Source: Hausera hauseri
Taxonomy: Eukaryota
Length of the DNA: 63,805 nucleotides
Assembly (NCBI GenBank): GCA_046269625.1
Contig: JBJURY010000012.1
Location: 196 to 64,000, forward strand
Direction of reading: 5' to 3'
This document shows, in pieces, positions 61,684 to 63,805 of the stretch (position 1 is the first letter of the stretch; each line of letters begins with the position of its first letter). The notes beneath the pieces were generated by a model. That model did no database searches, had not been told where the DNA came from, and worked only from the letters and a program-made list of their open reading frames with translations. The translations under genes and the position numbers were made by a program.

Positions 61684-63805
61684 TTACTTATTTAATTCTT
61701 TTCTTATTTTTAAGATAGAAATAGAAATGTTTCTGATATTTTCTTTTACTTCCTTCCAGTTCCTTGTTTTTAATCCACAATCCGGATTTATCCATATATT
61801 ACTATAGTTTATTTTTCTAACCAAATATTTTAAAATATTATAGTAGTAATTTTTACTATTGATATTCAAAGAATGTACATCATATATCCCTATACCATAT
61901 TCCATTTTTATATTTAATCCAGATAATATTTTTATTATATTTTTAATATTTTTAGAAGCTTCAATAGATATTACATCTATACCTAAATTATATATTTTTT
62001 TTATTATTGATTTATTAATTTTACTATAACATATATGAGAATGTATTTGAAAATTCTTATTAAAACCATAATGTATTAATCTAAAAGCAATCTTAGTCCA
62101 TTTAAAATATTTTATTTTTTTACTTAATGATTCTGGAATTCCTTCTTGATAACCAGGTTCATCAATTTGTATTATCTTTATATCATTATATATAAATTCT
62201 TTAATATATTTTCTTAAACTAAAAGCTATCTGATAAGCTATTTTATTTATCTTTAAGTCATTTCTTAAGAAAGACCATTTTATAATAGTAATAGGTCCAG
62301 TAATAATTGCCTTTACTAAACTATTAGATTTTTTTATCGTAAAATATATTAAATTGAATATATGTTTATTTTTTATACTAATATCCCCAAATATTATTGG
62401 AGGTTTAATATATCTGGTACCATAACTTTGTACCCAACCATTTCTAGTAATAAAACAACCATTCATTGATCTACAAAAATATTCTACCATATCAGTTCTT
62501 TCGTATTCACCATGTACTAATATATCTATATTATTATTTTTTTGAAATAATATAAGTTTATTTATTTTATTTAATAAAATATTTTTATAATTAGTGAAAC
62601 TTAATTGATTTTTTTTAAATTTACTTCTACATATTCTTAATGCTTTTGTTTGGGGGAAAGAACCAATTGTTGTAAAAGGTAATATTGGTAATTTAAATTT
62701 ATTATAATTATTATAATAATGTTTATAATTTTTAATTAATTCTATTATTTTATTATTGATTTTTCTTCTTATATCTTTATAATAAAAAGATTTATTATTA
62801 ATAATATTATTAATTATTGTTTTATTTTTTTTATATATATTATAACATAAATTTATTCCGTATATTAATATATTTTTTATTTCATTTATTTCAATTACCT
62901 TTTCTAAAGAAAAAGTTAACCAATATTTTATCATTGATTCTTTTTCCTTATTTAAACTATAAGGAATAAACATTAAGGAATTATCAAATGAAATAAATAT
63001 ATTTTTTATTTTAATGGGGATTATTCTATTAATTATATCCTTATAATTACTTCTCCATATATTATTAGCTTTTATTATACCTAATGATATTCTTTTACAA
63101 TTGTATCTTTCGAATACCAGTATATCTTTTATTAAATATATATCAAAATGATAAATAAAGAAATTTAATCCTTTTAATATTCTCAAGTTATTTATATTAG
63201 CATTGGAATATAATATTAATATTGTTTTTATATTTTTAAAACTTAATAACGATTTATAGATACAATAAAATAAATTGATATCATTATATTTTTTTATATT
63301 ATAAGATTCCTCAAATTGTAACCAATTTATATATTTATATTTTTTAAAAATTTTATTTATTAATAAATAATATCTTCTAACAATTAAATTTAAAATTTTT
63401 CTATTTAAGTTAATTTTAATATTACATAATTTTAAGAAAGTATATGGTCCTATTATAGTATACTTATAGTTTTTTTTATTATTCTTATAATTTTTTAATA
63501 ATTCTATTTCATATAATAAGAAGTCCGTATTATATTTTTTATTAAATATACTATTATCTATTTCAGGAGTTAAATAATGGTAGTTAGTATTATACCATTT
63601 ATACATATTTAATGTTTTTTTATTATTATAACCTTTAGAAATCTTAAAAAAATCAATAAATGTTAAGTACCTGTTTTTTTTTAAAAACCTTTTTGGTAAG
63701 AAACCTAATAAAAACATTGTTATATAAATCCTATCATAATAGTTAAAAAACCCAATAGTAATAATATCTAATTTATTTTGTATATATATATTATACAATA
63801 TTATT
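61684..63805 (-). CDS. metE: Cobalamin-independent methionine synthase (5' end beyond the window)
   Basis: KWYNTNYHY, TTIGSFPQT, LVHGE.ER.DMVEYF, WVQSYG, HSHICY, WINPDCGLKTR; frame open to the window edge. Confidence 0.96.
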   Translation of the reverse strand, partial: IILYNIYIQNKLDIITIGFFNYYDRIYITMFLLGFLPKRFLKKNRYLTFIDFFKISKGYNNKKTLNMYKWYNTNYHYLTPEIDNSIFNKKYNTDFLLYEIELLKNYKNNKKNYKYTIIGPYTFLKLCNIKINLNRKILNLIVRRYYLLINKIFKKYKYINWLQFEESYNIKKYNDINLFYCIYKSLLSFKNIKTILILYSNANINNLRILKGLNFFIYHFDIYLIKDILVFERYNCKRISLGIIKANNIWRSNYKDIINRIIPIKIKNIFISFDNSLMFIPYSLNKEKESMIKYWLTFSLEKVIEINEIKNILIYGINLCYNIYKKNKTIINNIINNKSFYYKDIRRKINNKIIELIKNYKHYYNNYNKFKLPILPFTTIGSFPQTKALRICRSKFKKNQLSFTNYKNILLNKINKLILFQKNNNIDILVHGEYERTDMVEYFCRSMNGCFITRNGWVQSYGTRYIKPPIIFGDISIKNKHIFNLIYFTIKKSNSLVKAIITGPITIIKWSFLRNDLKINKIAYQIAFSLRKYIKEFIYNDIKIIQIDEPGYQEGIPESLSKKIKYFKWTKIAFRLIHYGFNKNFQIHSHICYSKINKSIIKKIYNLGIDVISIEASKNIKNIIKILSGLNIKMEYGIGIYDVHSLNINSKNYYYNILKYLVRKINYSNIWINPDCGLKTRNWKEVKENIRNISISILKIRKELNK

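Noticed and set aside
1-63805. UGA-to-Trp recoding as in Zinderia and Nasuia
   Set aside because: Conserved Trp residues use TGG, long genes have no in-frame TGA, and TGA ends many genes at ATGA overlaps
1-63805. CRISPR arrays, IS elements, prophage, rRNA
   Set aside because: No repeat-spacer pattern, transposase, integrase or rRNA-like segment seen

Overview
This window is from an extremely AT-rich, gene-dense genome with almost no intergenic DNA. It belongs to a highly reduced betaproteobacterial insect endosymbiont. The gene set (His, Trp, shikimate, Lys/DAP, Thr, Met and Arg biosynthesis plus minimal replication, translation and chaperone genes) and the standard genetic code best fit 'Candidatus Vidania' of planthoppers; this is an inference from gene content, not a database match. 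I count about 60 CDS, including four small ribosomal proteins missed by the ORF track, and 19 tRNAs. The main finding is a 140-nt group I intron in the anticodon loop of tRNA-Ile2(CAU) downstream of rpoD, with a recognisable P1-P4, P7 and P8 core and no P9. Other findings: a probable RNase P RNA shrunk to about 150-165 nt; tRNA-Val(AAC) and tRNA-Ser(AGA) with A34; tRNA-Leu genes without a long variable arm; stop codons lying inside downstream tRNAs; divergent genes sharing a CATG start; a poly-A frameshift in dapE; an rpsF-rpsR fusion; truncated RF1, DnaG and MaeB; a degraded GroEL; and a 10-kb block with distinct strand composition.
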